Program-made: the position numbers and the translations under genes
Notes under the pieces: model-generated
Seen by the model: the letters and a program-made list of their open reading frames with translations, nothing else
The model's database searches: none
Told to the model about the DNA's origin: nothing
Shown here: positions 8,733-18,127 of the stretch, one piece after another
Layout of the letters: every line of letters starts with the position of its first letter
How positions within the stretch are numbered: position 1 is the first letter of the stretch
Source of the DNA: Vicinamibacterales bacterium
GTDB lineage: Bacteria; Acidobacteriota; Vicinamibacteria; Vicinamibacterales; UBA8438
Assembly: GCA_030745255.1 (NCBI GenBank)
Contig: JASLOY010000001.1
Location: 1 to 33,848, forward strand
Reading direction: 5' to 3'
Length of the DNA stretch: 33,848 nucleotides

Positions 8733-9985
8733 CGGCTCTCACCAAGCAGCGTCCGGTACAGCGCTTCGATGCGCTCGACGACCACCCTCGCCGCGAACCG
8801 CTCCTCGACCCAGAGTCGCGCGGCGGATCCAAGCCGCCGCCGAAGCTCGGCGCTCTCGACGAGCCGTCGCACGTCGTCGCCGAGCTGCTCGACACTCGTG
8901 GAGAGCAGTCCGGTCTGCTCGGGCTGCACGATGTCGCGGGTCCCGCCGGTGTCCATCGCCGCGGTGGGCACCCCGAGGACCGCCGCCTCCAGCAGCACCC
9001 GGCTCAAGCTCTCCGGACCATGCGACGGAAAGACCAGAATCGAAGCATGCGCAAGCCACCGCAACGTTTCGTCTCGCGGCAACCAGCCCATCATCCGCAT
9101 ATCGAGGCCTGCCCGGCGCGCGCCTGACGCAAGCCCTGCCCTCTGGCTCCCCTCTCCGACGACGACGACCGGCCACCGCAGTCCCGACCGTTCAAGCGCC
9201 GGAATCAGCTTCATGACGCCCTTGTTCGGAGCCAGCTTGCCTACGTAGACCGCGTACGGCTCGGACAGCAGCGCCTCTCCCCTCGCGTCGGCGCGAATGC
9301 CCTCGAAATCCACTGGATTGGGGATGGTCTCGACGCGGGTCGACCGTAGGTCGTCCGTCCGGCTGCCGAGGTCGGCGGCAATCGCGGAGCTCACGGCAAT
9401 CACGGCGTCGGCGTCGGCGAGCGCACGACGCTTGACCCGAAGGTTCGACCGCATGTACGGAATCGCCGCAAGCGCGACGGGCCATGCCCATCCCGCCCTC
9501 GGCTGCACGCACCGGGTCATCATCGCCGGCGTGCAGGCTGGACAGAGCCCGGAGGCACTCGGGTCGTGGATCAGATCGCTCCAGTAGCACAACCACCAGT
9601 AGTCCCGAACGGTGCAGACGACGGGCCGATGCGCATCGCGCCCGGCCCGTACTGACGCCGGAATGCTGAGCAGGTGCTGCGCGTGGAGAAGGTCGATCCG
9701 CTCCTCCCTGACAATCTCGGCGAGCGCCTTCGCGTACCGATGGTAGAGCCGCTCGTTCTTGATGTAGTTCCGCACGAACGGCACGGGAGGCGCCCATCCC
9801 CGGAACTCCCTGACCTGGAAACCGTCGTGAACCACGGCAGTACCAGTCACCGCAGACCCGAAGACCGGCCGAGAGATCACAATCTCGTGGCCGTTCGCGC
9901 GCAGCGTCTTCGCCAACTCGTAGGTACTCCAACCGCTGCCGCCACAATCGGGCGGAAAGGCGTCGGTGCTGATCAGGATCCTCAT
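8729..9985 (-). CDS. Glycosyltransferase family 4
   Basis: ATG 9985-9983 overlaps the upstream TGA (ATGA). N-terminus MRILISTDAFPPDCGGSGWSTYELAKTL. C-terminal region FPSHGPESLSRVLLEAAVLGVPTAAMDTGGTRDIVQPEQTGLL. Confidence 0.9.
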   Translation of the reverse strand: MRILISTDAFPPDCGGSGWSTYELAKTLRANGHEIVISRPVFGSAVTGTAVVHDGFQVREFRGWAPPVPFVRNYIKNERLYHRYAKALAEIVREERIDLLHAQHLLSIPASVRAGRDAHRPVVCTVRDYWWLCYWSDLIHDPSASGLCPACTPAMMTRCVQPRAGWAWPVALAAIPYMRSNLRVKRRALADADAVIAVSSAIAADLGSRTDDLRSTRVETIPNPVDFEGIRADARGEALLSEPYAVYVGKLAPNKGVMKLIPALERSGLRWPVVVVGEGSQRAGLASGARRAGLDMRMMGWLPRDETLRWLAHASILVFPSHGPESLSRVLLEAAVLGVPTAAMDTGGTRDIVQPEQTGLLSTSVEQLGDDVRRLVESAELRRRLGSAARLWVEERFAARVVVERIEALYRTLLGESR

Positions 9986-11181
9986 CGGCTCGCGTTCGCC
10001 TGTCGGGCACCACCCGAGGCTTCGGCACCCGTCATGACGTCATGTGCGCGCCCGAGCGCCTCGGACAACCGCCGGCAGTGTAGGTCCCACCCGAACTCGC
10101 GCACGACGCGCTCGCGTGCCGCGCGCCCCATCTCACGGCGGTTCGGGGCATCCGCCAGTCGCACGATGGCGTCGGCCAGCCCGGCCGTGTCTTCGGGGTC
10201 GTAGCACAGGCCTTCGCGCTCGTGGCGGAACAGCGTCCGGAGACGGGGGATGTCCGGGGTGACAACGGGCAACCCGGACGCCATGTACTCGAAGAGCTTC
10301 AACGGAGACCAATAGAAGGCGATCTGCAACGGCCCGTGCGCCGCCGTATCGAACGGCGCCACCCCGATGTCTGCGGCCGCCAGACAGGCCGGCATCCGGT
10401 CGTGCGGGATCCGTCCGGTGAACTCGATGCCATCCAGGCCGGAGGCGGCGCGCCGCACCTGAGGCAACTCGGGCCCGTCCCCGACGAACACGACCTTGAC
10501 GTCGCTTCGCCCGCGAGCCCGAAGCTGGGCGATGGCATGCACGAGGTTGATCGCGCCGTGCCACGGCCTGAAGGCGCCGGCGAAGACGACAACCGTCTCC
10601 CCCGGACCGCGCTGGAACGGCAGGTCTCCGGCCGCGTCGGGTGTGAACCGCTTGGTGTCGGCTCCCCACTCGATCTCCAGCACCCGGTCCGGAGCGACCC
10701 AGGGCGGCAGGATCTCGGCGCTGGGTGTCACGAACAGATCCGTGTGGCGACATTGCCAGTCCCGCCAGCGGCGCATCGGCTCCGCAAGAACGGCGCGGTC
10801 CAGCCATCGCTTGAGCGACCCCGGATGATCGATAATCGGCGCGTTCACCTCCAGAACTACCAGGGCACCGGTCCGGACGGCCGCCCGAACGCCTTCCCCG
10901 CCGAAGTTGTAGTACCGCTCCATGACGACATCAGCGCCAATGGCGTGCGCGAGTTCGGCGACCCGCCCGGCGCGGGCCCAGCGCAGCTGACGTTGCCTCA
11001 TCGGCGGCTCGAGCGGGTGCCAATGCACCGAGTCGTCCGGAAGTGGACCGTGCCCCGGCGTGACCAGGGCGTGGACCTCGTGTCCGAGCGCCGCCAGACC
11101 AGTGGCAACCTCCGAGACGTGGACCGACCCCCCATTCGTGCCGGGAACGGACTGATCAATGGCCGCGTAGAGAATCCGCAT
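9982..11181 (-). CDS. Glycosyltransferase family 4
   Basis: ATG 11181-11179 lies 3 nt after the upstream stop. N-terminus MRILYAAIDQSVPGTNGGSVHVSEVATGLAALGHEVH. C-terminal region SPLKLFEYMASGLPVVTPDIPRLRTLFRHEREGLCY. Confidence 0.9.
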   Translation of the reverse strand: MRILYAAIDQSVPGTNGGSVHVSEVATGLAALGHEVHALVTPGHGPLPDDSVHWHPLEPPMRQRQLRWARAGRVAELAHAIGADVVMERYYNFGGEGVRAAVRTGALVVLEVNAPIIDHPGSLKRWLDRAVLAEPMRRWRDWQCRHTDLFVTPSAEILPPWVAPDRVLEIEWGADTKRFTPDAAGDLPFQRGPGETVVVFAGAFRPWHGAINLVHAIAQLRARGRSDVKVVFVGDGPELPQVRRAASGLDGIEFTGRIPHDRMPACLAAADIGVAPFDTAAHGPLQIAFYWSPLKLFEYMASGLPVVTPDIPRLRTLFRHEREGLCYDPEDTAGLADAIVRLADAPNRREMGRAARERVVREFGWDLHCRRLSEALGRAHDVMTGAEASGGARQANASR

Positions 11182-11184
11182 GAC

Positions 11185-12279
11185 TCAGTGCGGTGTCGTC
11201 GTGGAACCCACCGCCGGTGTGGGGAGTCGCTCAAGCAGCGCGAAGAAAGGACCGCTCTTGATCCGCCCGAACAACAGCAGATCCAGCTTCATGAGCCAGG
11301 TCAGGGCCACGAGTCCCGTATAGACGGCACCCCGATTCCCGATCAGGCGCTGGGCATCGGTGCGCGCGGTCCGCCTGGCACCCACTGCCCCCGGCGACTC
11401 CGCAGACGGCTCCCCGGAATTCCCCCGCCTCCGTGCCGCTCTCCGCTCCATCAGATGCTCCGCCATCTTCTTGAGAATATTCTCGGCGAAACCGCCGACC
11501 AGCGGGGTGTAGTAACGGATTCGAGCCACCCGGAAACCGGCCTGACCGGCGACAGTGTGCAGATCGTCGATATCGGCCAGCGCATTGCGATGATCGGATT
11601 TTCGAAGCCGCTCGTGCGACAGGTCCAGCAACCCGATCCGTTCGAGGCCACGAGCCAGGAGATTGATGGCCCGCAATCCGATCGCGATTCGGGAGTTCTT
11701 CCGAACGTGGCTGTACACGAAGAACGTGCCTCCGGGTGACAGTATCCGGCTCGCCTCGCCGAGCATCCGCAGGAGATCTTCGCGGGACAGATGTTCCAGC
11801 ACATCGAGCGAGTAGGCCCTCGTGAACGCGCCATCCTCGAGCGGCAACTGCCGGAGATCCCCGACGAGCAGGTCGCACCGATCGAGCGCCTCCTCGGCAA
11901 AGTGCGGGCTGACGTCCACACCGACGAGATGGACGTCGGGCGCCAAGTTCCAGACGAGCACCCGCCCGCTCCCACAACCCAGATCGATGACGCGATCACC
12001 TGCCGCAATCCTCAGAAACGACCGCAGCATGTCGTTTCTGATCGCTGCGGTCAGAAGCGGCGGGGTCACATGAGCATGGCGGCCATCGGCGTGCATCTCG
12101 TCATCGAGATACTTTGTCGACTGGACGAACGTCTCGACCGGACGGAGATCGAGATACTCACGACCGGTGACGCGGGTCCGACGCCCGCACACCGCGCAGA
12201 CCAATTCGTCCGACTCGGCTCGCATGGCACCCCGGCAGTCGGGACAGCGCACGACATCGAGGAGCGCCTGCGAGATCAC
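11185..12279 (-). CDS. Class I SAM-dependent methyltransferase with N-terminal Trm112-like zinc-ribbon
   Basis: ORF 11185..12369. I prefer GTG 12279-12277, which forms a GTGA overlap with the upstream stop (12278-12276). Zinc ribbon: VVRCPDCRGAMRAESDELVCAVCG. SAM motif I: VIDLGCGSGRV. Further motifs DVLEHL and LSPGGTFFV. The C-terminal segment is hydrophobic or amphipathic. Confidence 0.85.
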   Translation of the reverse strand: MISQALLDVVRCPDCRGAMRAESDELVCAVCGRRTRVTGREYLDLRPVETFVQSTKYLDDEMHADGRHAHVTPPLLTAAIRNDMLRSFLRIAAGDRVIDLGCGSGRVLVWNLAPDVHLVGVDVSPHFAEEALDRCDLLVGDLRQLPLEDGAFTRAYSLDVLEHLSREDLLRMLGEASRILSPGGTFFVYSHVRKNSRIAIGLRAINLLARGLERIGLLDLSHERLRKSDHRNALADIDDLHTVAGQAGFRVARIRYYTPLVGGFAENILKKMAEHLMERRAARRRGNSGEPSAESPGAVGARRTARTDAQRLIGNRGAVYTGLVALTWLMKLDLLLFGRIKSGPFFALLERLPTPAVGSTTTPH

Positions 12280-13496
12280 GCTCGCCCCGCCGACCGGTTG
12301 CTGCTCGGTGGCACAGCGCCGAGCACCTCCCGACACAGATGCTCGAGCCGCTCGGCTCTCTTCTCCCAACTGTACTGAACCGCATCGTCGAAGGCGCCGT
12401 GAGCGATCCGTTCCGCGAATGCTCGGTCGTGGAGCACCCGCCGAACACCGTCGGCTAATCGTTCGGGCTTATCTGGCTCGACGAGGACGGCGTTCTCACC
12501 GTCGCGCAAGACTTCGCGAATCGCCGGCAGGTCGGACGCCACGATCGGCTTGCCGAGCGCCATGTACTCGAACAGCTTCATCGGGGAAGTGTACTGCGTG
12601 AAGCTGCGCGCACCGGTCACCGGCAGGATGAGCAGGTCGGCCGCGGCGAGCAGCGGTGAAACCCTCGACGGCTCGACCTGTCCGGTGAATTCCACTCGCT
12701 CGTCCAAGCTCAGTTCGCTGGTGAGACCGCGCACCTTCGCAAGATCCACATCGTTCGGGTAGCCGCCGATGATCACCGCCCGGACCTCCGGCAACTGCGC
12801 CACGGCGCGCAACAGGATCTCCACACCCTTCCCCGGATACAGATGGCCCGCGTAGGCCAGGACCGGCGTCTCACCGACCGACGGCGGCGTGAACCGTCGC
12901 GCTGGATTCAGGCGCGCGCCGCTGGGAGCCACGAGTAGCCGCGATCTCTCGCCGAACCGGGCAGCCAGATCCGAAGCAATGCCTCGCGTGATCGTCACGT
13001 ATCCTTCGGCACGACTCCAGACTCTCCGCTCCCTGGCGAACAGTCGCTGTTGCTTGCCACGCGAGGCGCCGGCCACCTGCGAAAGCACGTCCGGTCGCTC
13101 GCTCGCCACGATCGGCGCAAACCCGTGCGACTCGTAGACGACCGGAGGCCGGAATCCGGCGGGCAGCCGCAACAGCATGTCGGCGACGCCGAGGTCGCGC
13201 GTCATCACGAGATCCGGCCGCGCCGGCCCCAGCGCGCACCGAAGCGCGTGACTCAGGTAGCCGAGTCGGCGCGGGAGGCCGGCCCGGGGCAAGGTCGGCC
13301 GGCGGATTCGAAGCGCGGGCAGCGGCGGCAACCCGTAGTAGTCGAACGGATCCCGATCGGCATGCCGGCGATCCCGGCGGGCCAGCAAGGTCACCTGATG
13401 TCCGCGAACGGCCAGTGCATGGCACGTTTCCATGATCTGGATGCCGTTGGCGCGTTCGATCGGAAACCGTGTGTCAGCGCAGTGGAGAAGGTACAC
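12276..13496 (-). CDS. Glycosyltransferase family 4
   Basis: GTG start at 13496-13494 (MYLLHCADTRFPIERANGIQIMETCHALAVRGHQVTLL). C-terminal region SPMKLFEYMALGKPIVASDLPAIREVLRDGENAVLV, the same subfamily motif as 9982..11181. Confidence 0.9.
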   Translation of the reverse strand: MYLLHCADTRFPIERANGIQIMETCHALAVRGHQVTLLARRDRRHADRDPFDYYGLPPLPALRIRRPTLPRAGLPRRLGYLSHALRCALGPARPDLVMTRDLGVADMLLRLPAGFRPPVVYESHGFAPIVASERPDVLSQVAGASRGKQQRLFARERRVWSRAEGYVTITRGIASDLAARFGERSRLLVAPSGARLNPARRFTPPSVGETPVLAYAGHLYPGKGVEILLRAVAQLPEVRAVIIGGYPNDVDLAKVRGLTSELSLDERVEFTGQVEPSRVSPLLAAADLLILPVTGARSFTQYTSPMKLFEYMALGKPIVASDLPAIREVLRDGENAVLVEPDKPERLADGVRRVLHDRAFAERIAHGAFDDAVQYSWEKRAERLEHLCREVLGAVPPSSNRSAGRA

Positions 13497-13516
13497 GGCC
13501 CTCGTTCGTCAGATTC

Positions 13517-14971
13517 TCACTGGCTATCGGAGTCATTCGCCTGGTAGAACGAACTCCGGTCGAAGAGATAGCGATACGCCAATCGCGGCGCCTCCCGGGG
13601 CACGACCACGAACGTGTTATAGGCGTTGCGCGAGAGCTGCAAACGCTGTCGGTCCATGAGATTGGCGCCAAACTGAGCCATCAACCCCAGATTCCACCAG
13701 ACCGAGAGCGCACAGACGCCCCAGGCCGCTCGGCGAAGGGCGGTACCGCGAATCGCCTGGAGTGCCGCCGCGAGCCCGACGACCCACACGACCGTCAACC
13801 CGACGAAACGGCGCTGGCCGAACGCCCCAGCCGCTGTCCAGGAATCGACGCTTCCGGTCACGTAGATCTGGGTGGCCACCATCAGACACAGAATCAGTCC
13901 GATTCGCCGCGTGTCGACCCGGTCGGCCGTCCCGTCGCTCGCCGACCATGCCATCCAGAGCAACCCCCCGGCCGCAACGAGCAAGAGCGGCGTCCAGACG
14001 AACAGGCCATGCTCCGGTGAGAACAGCACCTGCAGGCCGTGGGGCGCCAGCCAGTTCATCTTTTCGGTCACGACATCAGGAGGGCCGAGCCGGCCATTCA
14101 AGACGACGTAACTCATCGCCTGTGGGAGGTAGACAGTCGCGGACACGCCGCTGCCCACGCAGGCAGCGGTCAACCAGGATCGTGCCGCCTTGATTCGATC
14201 ACTGGAAGCGCTCACGTTCGCGATCGCCGTCCAGGTGAAATCCACCACAGGCCCGACCGCCAGCAGGAGATCTTGCTCTCGGACCATCGCCATCAGCGCT
14301 GTCGCTGCGCCCAGGGCCGCCATTCCCGGCAAAGACCAGGAGCGCCGGACGCGCAACCAGACCAGGGTGAACAGTGCCACCGCGAACGCCGAGCATGCAT
14401 GCGCCATCCCCGGCGCGATGTGGGTATAGAAGAGCAACGGTGTGCCGATCCAGATCACGGACCCGGCCACAACGCCACGACCCAGGAGCCGTCGCACGAT
14501 GGCCATGGAAATAGCAACTGCAAGCAACCCGTACACCGCCGATCCGTACGCGAGCGCCGACAGGTAGGGCTGGGAAAAGCCGTCGACCGCGACGCCGGAG
14601 CCGGCCAGGCGCATGCCTCGAGCCGTGAGATCTCCCACCGCATAGAAGGGTGCCCACAACAGAGCCGAGCCAATCGTGCCGAAGTTGTAGCGGAGGCCGG
14701 TCGGCGTCTCGAACTCGAGAAATGTTTCGTGGAACCCCCGGGCACGCGCGATTCCACGGTCGTAGAAGTACTCGTACTCGTTTTGAAACGAGACGTCGTG
14801 ATCGAACCAGAGCGATCGCAGGTAGGCGAAATACTGAATCTCGTCCGACGCGTAGAGCCGTGTCGTGACGGTGGGTAGCGAGAGCAGGAAGACGAGCACG
14901 AGCGGAAGGCCCACCCCTACTCGACCTGTCAGCGCATCGTCCAGAATCCGTAGGCGGCGGGGAATCTGCAT
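13517..14971 (-). CDS. Polytopic membrane protein, GT-C-like candidate (paralogue family member 1)
   Basis: 484-aa ORF with ATG 14971-14969 and many TM helices. First-loop motif SDEIQYFAYLRSLWFDHDVSFQNEY. Later blocks are IGSALLWAPFY, VREQD, FSPEHGLFVWTPLLL and WTAAGAFGQRRFVGL. All of these are shared with 18608..20647 and 24622..25995. Confidence 0.82.
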   Translation of the reverse strand: MQIPRRLRILDDALTGRVGVGLPLVLVFLLSLPTVTTRLYASDEIQYFAYLRSLWFDHDVSFQNEYEYFYDRGIARARGFHETFLEFETPTGLRYNFGTIGSALLWAPFYAVGDLTARGMRLAGSGVAVDGFSQPYLSALAYGSAVYGLLAVAISMAIVRRLLGRGVVAGSVIWIGTPLLFYTHIAPGMAHACSAFAVALFTLVWLRVRRSWSLPGMAALGAATALMAMVREQDLLLAVGPVVDFTWTAIANVSASSDRIKAARSWLTAACVGSGVSATVYLPQAMSYVVLNGRLGPPDVVTEKMNWLAPHGLQVLFSPEHGLFVWTPLLLVAAGGLLWMAWSASDGTADRVDTRRIGLILCLMVATQIYVTGSVDSWTAAGAFGQRRFVGLTVVWVVGLAAALQAIRGTALRRAAWGVCALSVWWNLGLMAQFGANLMDRQRLQLSRNAYNTFVVVPREAPRLAYRYLFDRSSFYQANDSDSQ

Positions 14972-15057
14972 CGCGACCGAACGGGTCGCACTATACCAAA
15001 TCAGCCCGGACGCCCTATCGGCCGCGGCACGTCGGAACGGGCTAGAATCTCCATAAC

Positions 15058-15810
15058 GTGGACGAGCTGCTGAGAGCGACCTGCGAGGCCGAGCGCGCGC
15101 ACTTCTGGTATCGCGGTTTTCGTCGGTTCGTCGAACCGTTCCTGGCGCAGGCCATACAAGGCGTCAGCCGTCCCCGGATCCTCGACTGCGGCTGCGGCAC
15201 GGGTGCGAACCTGGCGATGCTCGCAACCTACGGCCAGGACTTCGGCTTCGATCTGGCTGGGGCCGGCGTCGCCTACGCCGCCGCCGCGGGGCATCGACGG
15301 ATCGCCCGCGCGACGGTCGCTCGGGTCCCCTTTCCTGACCACAGCTTCGATGTCGTGACGTCCTTCGACGTCCTGTACTGCCTCGAAGATGAAGTCGAAC
15401 GCGCCGCGATTGACGAGATGTTCAGGTTGGTGCGACGAGGCGGCGCGCTCGTGGCCAACGTCCCCGCCATGGACGTGCTGACCGGCGATCACTCGATCTT
15501 CGTCGGCGAGCGCCGCCGCTACTCGCGCCAGGGGCTCACGCGTCGGCTTCAGCGAGCTGGGTTTCAGATCATCAGGATGACTCACACGAATGCTACGCTC
15601 TTCCTGCCGATGCTCAGCATCCGGCTCTTTCAGCAACTCCGACGTCAGGGGGCGGCAACGGTCGCCCAGAGCGACTTCGCGATGCCACCGGGTCCCGTCA
15701 ACGGCCTGCTCGCGCTACTGCTGGCAGCCGAGGCCGGCGTCGTGCGGTTTCTGGATCTGCCGCTAGGAAGTTCGATACTCTGTCTCGCCAGGAAGCCGGC
15801 CGCCGAATGA
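15058..15810 (+). CDS. Class I SAM-dependent methyltransferase
   Basis: GTG 15058. Motif I ILDCGCGTGANL, then FGFDL, DVVTSFDVLYCL and LVRRGGALV. The stop overlaps the next start (ATGA at 15807-15810). Confidence 0.88.
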   Translation: MDELLRATCEAERAHFWYRGFRRFVEPFLAQAIQGVSRPRILDCGCGTGANLAMLATYGQDFGFDLAGAGVAYAAAAGHRRIARATVARVPFPDHSFDVVTSFDVLYCLEDEVERAAIDEMFRLVRRGGALVANVPAMDVLTGDHSIFVGERRRYSRQGLTRRLQRAGFQIIRMTHTNATLFLPMLSIRLFQQLRRQGAATVAQSDFAMPPGPVNGLLALLLAAEAGVVRFLDLPLGSSILCLARKPAAE

Positions 15811-16607
15811 CGCCAGAACCCGAGACGTCCAACCCCGCGACCAGCCTCAGCGTCTTCTTTCCCGCATACAACGACGGAGGGACGATCGCGAGCATGGTCG
15901 TCGCTGCGGTGACGACCGCACGCGAGTTGACGGCGGACTACGAGGTGATCGTCGTCAACGACGGCAGTGTCGACGCGACGCGCGACGTCCTCGAGGAACT
16001 GGCGCGCGTATACCCGACACTCCGAGTCATCCACCACCCGAGGAATGGCGGATACGGTGCGGCGCTGCGCACGGGTTTCGAGGCTGCCACCAAGGACTTG
16101 GTCTTCTACACCGACGGGGACGCACAGTACGATCCGCGGGAAATGACCCTGCTCTGGCGGCGTCTCACGCCGGATGTCGATTTCGTCAATGGGTACAAGA
16201 TCAGTCGATCCGACCCGTTGCACCGAATCGTCATCGGCCGCGTGTACCACCACGTCGTCAAAGCCTTGTTTGGACTGCGACTCCGGGACGTCGATTGCGA
16301 CTTCCGGCTGATGCGCCGCTGTGTTTTCGAACGAGTCACGCTCGAGAAGAGCAGCGGCGTCATCTGTCTGGAACTCATGAAGAAGGTGCAGGACGCCGGC
16401 TTTTGTATGGTCGAAGTTCCGGTGCATCACTACCACCGGGCGTACGGACAATCGCAGTTCTTCAACGTGAGGCGGATCGTGCGCACCGCCTTCGACGTGT
16501 TCGCCCTGTGGCGTGCACTGATGTGGTGTCGGAAGGACGGCCGACCGCTGTCCCACGCCGAACCGCCCACGACCGACAACGACGCTCGATCCAACGATGC
16601 CGAATAA
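15807..16607 (+). CDS. GT2 glycosyltransferase (DPM1/ArnC-like catalytic domain, no clear TM pair)
   Basis: Motifs are LSVFFPAYNDGGTI, VVNDGSVDATRDVLEELARVYP, PRNGGYGAALRTGF and YTDGDAQYDPREM. The C-terminus has only an amphipathic-looking helix (IVRTAFDVFALWRALMW). Confidence 0.88.
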   Translation: MTPEPETSNPATSLSVFFPAYNDGGTIASMVVAAVTTARELTADYEVIVVNDGSVDATRDVLEELARVYPTLRVIHHPRNGGYGAALRTGFEAATKDLVFYTDGDAQYDPREMTLLWRRLTPDVDFVNGYKISRSDPLHRIVIGRVYHHVVKALFGLRLRDVDCDFRLMRRCVFERVTLEKSSGVICLELMKKVQDAGFCMVEVPVHHYHRAYGQSQFFNVRRIVRTAFDVFALWRALMWCRKDGRPLSHAEPPTTDNDARSNDAE

Positions 16608-17703
16608 GCGTGAGCGCGTCACGATCCCGTTTCTGACGCTGAAACCTGGTGAAGAGGCTGAGGCGATCGATGCAGCCATCCGGCGAGTCGTCACCCGTGG
16701 ATGGTTCGTGCTTGGCCCTGAAGTCGAGAGCTTCGAACGCGAGTTCGCGACCGCGTCAGGAATAGCGCATACCGTCGGCGTGGGCAACGGTACGGACGCG
16801 CTGTTCCTGCTGCTCAAGGCACTCGGCATCGGGCCCGGCGATGAGGTCATCACGACGCCACTCTCGGCGGCGTTCAGCGCGTTGGCGATCGTGATGGCTG
16901 GCGCACGACCAGTGTTCGCAGATATCGACGTCAACCGCCTGACGATTGATCCGGCGGCCGTGCGGGCGGCGGTGGGTCCGAAGACGGCGGCCATCCTCCC
17001 GGTTCACCTCTACGGTCAGCCAGCCGATATGCCGGCCCTGGCCGACGTCGCGAGCCGCCACCATCTCGCCCTCATCGAAGATTGCTGCCAGGCGCACCTC
17101 GCCACCTGCGCGGGACGCCCAGTCGGCACCTTCGGGCAGGGCGGCGCGTTCAGCTTCTATCCGACAAAGAATCTGGGTGCTGTGGGTGATGGCGGCGTGG
17201 CCTGCACCGGTGATGAGCAGACGGCGGAGCGGATCAGAAAGCTGCGGAACGGTGGCCAGTCCGCACAGTATCGCCACGACCTGGCGGGCGTGAACTCCCG
17301 CCTCGATGACATCCAGGCGGCGGTGCTGCGCGCAAAGCTTCCGTTCCTCGAACGGTGGACGGCGCGGCGTCGGGCGCTAGCGGCGTTGTACCGAGAGCAC
17401 CTTGCCGTCGTCGAACCGACAGTGCCCGCTGAGCACGACCCGGGCCACGTCTACCACCTGTTCCCGGTCCGATCAGTGGCGCGCGACCGGCTTCGACAGC
17501 ATCTGCGGACCTCGGGTATCGATACCCTCATCCACTACCCCACGCCCCTCACGCAGCAACCTGCGTTCGCGGAGCACCGGCCAGCGGCGGCTCCAGTTGC
17601 TGAGGCGATCTGTCGCGAGCTCGTCTCCCTGCCATTGCACCCGGCACTCACCGACGCCTCCGCGAACCAGGTCATCGACGCGGTGCGCGCCTTTGCGCCG
17701 TGA
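16597..17703 (+). CDS. DegT/DnrJ/EryC1/StrS-family PLP-dependent sugar aminotransferase
   Basis: Motifs are IPFLTLKPGEEAEAIDAAIRRVVTRGWFVLGPEV, GVGNGTDALFLLLKALGIGPGDEV, and FSFYPTKNLGAVGDGG, which holds the PLP lysine. Overlaps the upstream gene by 11 nt. Confidence 0.92.
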   Translation: MPNKRERVTIPFLTLKPGEEAEAIDAAIRRVVTRGWFVLGPEVESFEREFATASGIAHTVGVGNGTDALFLLLKALGIGPGDEVITTPLSAAFSALAIVMAGARPVFADIDVNRLTIDPAAVRAAVGPKTAAILPVHLYGQPADMPALADVASRHHLALIEDCCQAHLATCAGRPVGTFGQGGAFSFYPTKNLGAVGDGGVACTGDEQTAERIRKLRNGGQSAQYRHDLAGVNSRLDDIQAAVLRAKLPFLERWTARRRALAALYREHLAVVEPTVPAEHDPGHVYHLFPVRSVARDRLRQHLRTSGIDTLIHYPTPLTQQPAFAEHRPAAAPVAEAICRELVSLPLHPALTDASANQVIDAVRAFAP

Positions 17704-17713
17704 GAATACAACG

Positions 17714-18127
17714 ATGCATAGCGCACATCCTGAATTGTCCGTGGGCAGATGGACGCGTCGCGCCATTACGCACCGCGTGATTGGAGGGCTGACGCGCGAT
17801 GTCATCTACCGGAAACAGACAGAGTTGTCGCGTCGGTACGCCGAGCAATTTCGTCCAGATCTGCGCTGCAGTCAGGCCGGGGAGGATGGCATCATTCGGG
17901 AAATCGTTCGGCGGCTGCAACTTTCCGACGGATGGTTTGTCGAACTCGGCGCGGGCGATGGTGTTCTCTTCAGCAACACCTACGCTTTGCGCAGAAACGG
18001 ATGGCGAGGCGTCGGCATCGAATCCGACCCCGACCGCTTCGTCGCCTTGCAGCAGATAGCGGCTTGCGAGAGAGAACTACGTGACGATGTGCCGGCGTGT
18101 TTCGGCGGAGGGCAAGGATTGTCTTGA
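17714..18127 (+). CDS. FkbM-like (Methyltransf_21-type) methyltransferase, N-terminal fragment; probably one frameshifted gene together with 18081..18527
   Basis: ATG 17714 lies 10 nt after the DegT stop. The fragment holds the first half of the domain: CSQAGEDGIIREIVRRLQLSDGWFVELGAGDGVLFSNTYALRRNGWRGVGIESDPDRF. The frame ends at TGA 18125-18127 after a non-homologous tail. Confidence 0.65.
   Translation: MHSAHPELSVGRWTRRAITHRVIGGLTRDVIYRKQTELSRRYAEQFRPDLRCSQAGEDGIIREIVRRLQLSDGWFVELGAGDGVLFSNTYALRRNGWRGVGIESDPDRFVALQQIAACERELRDDVPACFGGGQGLS

Noticed and set aside
12280-12369. ATG 12369 as the start of the zinc-ribbon methyltransferase.
   Set aside because: It would overlap the upstream GT4 gene by 94 nt. 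The GTG at 12279 gives a canonical GTGA start/stop overlap.
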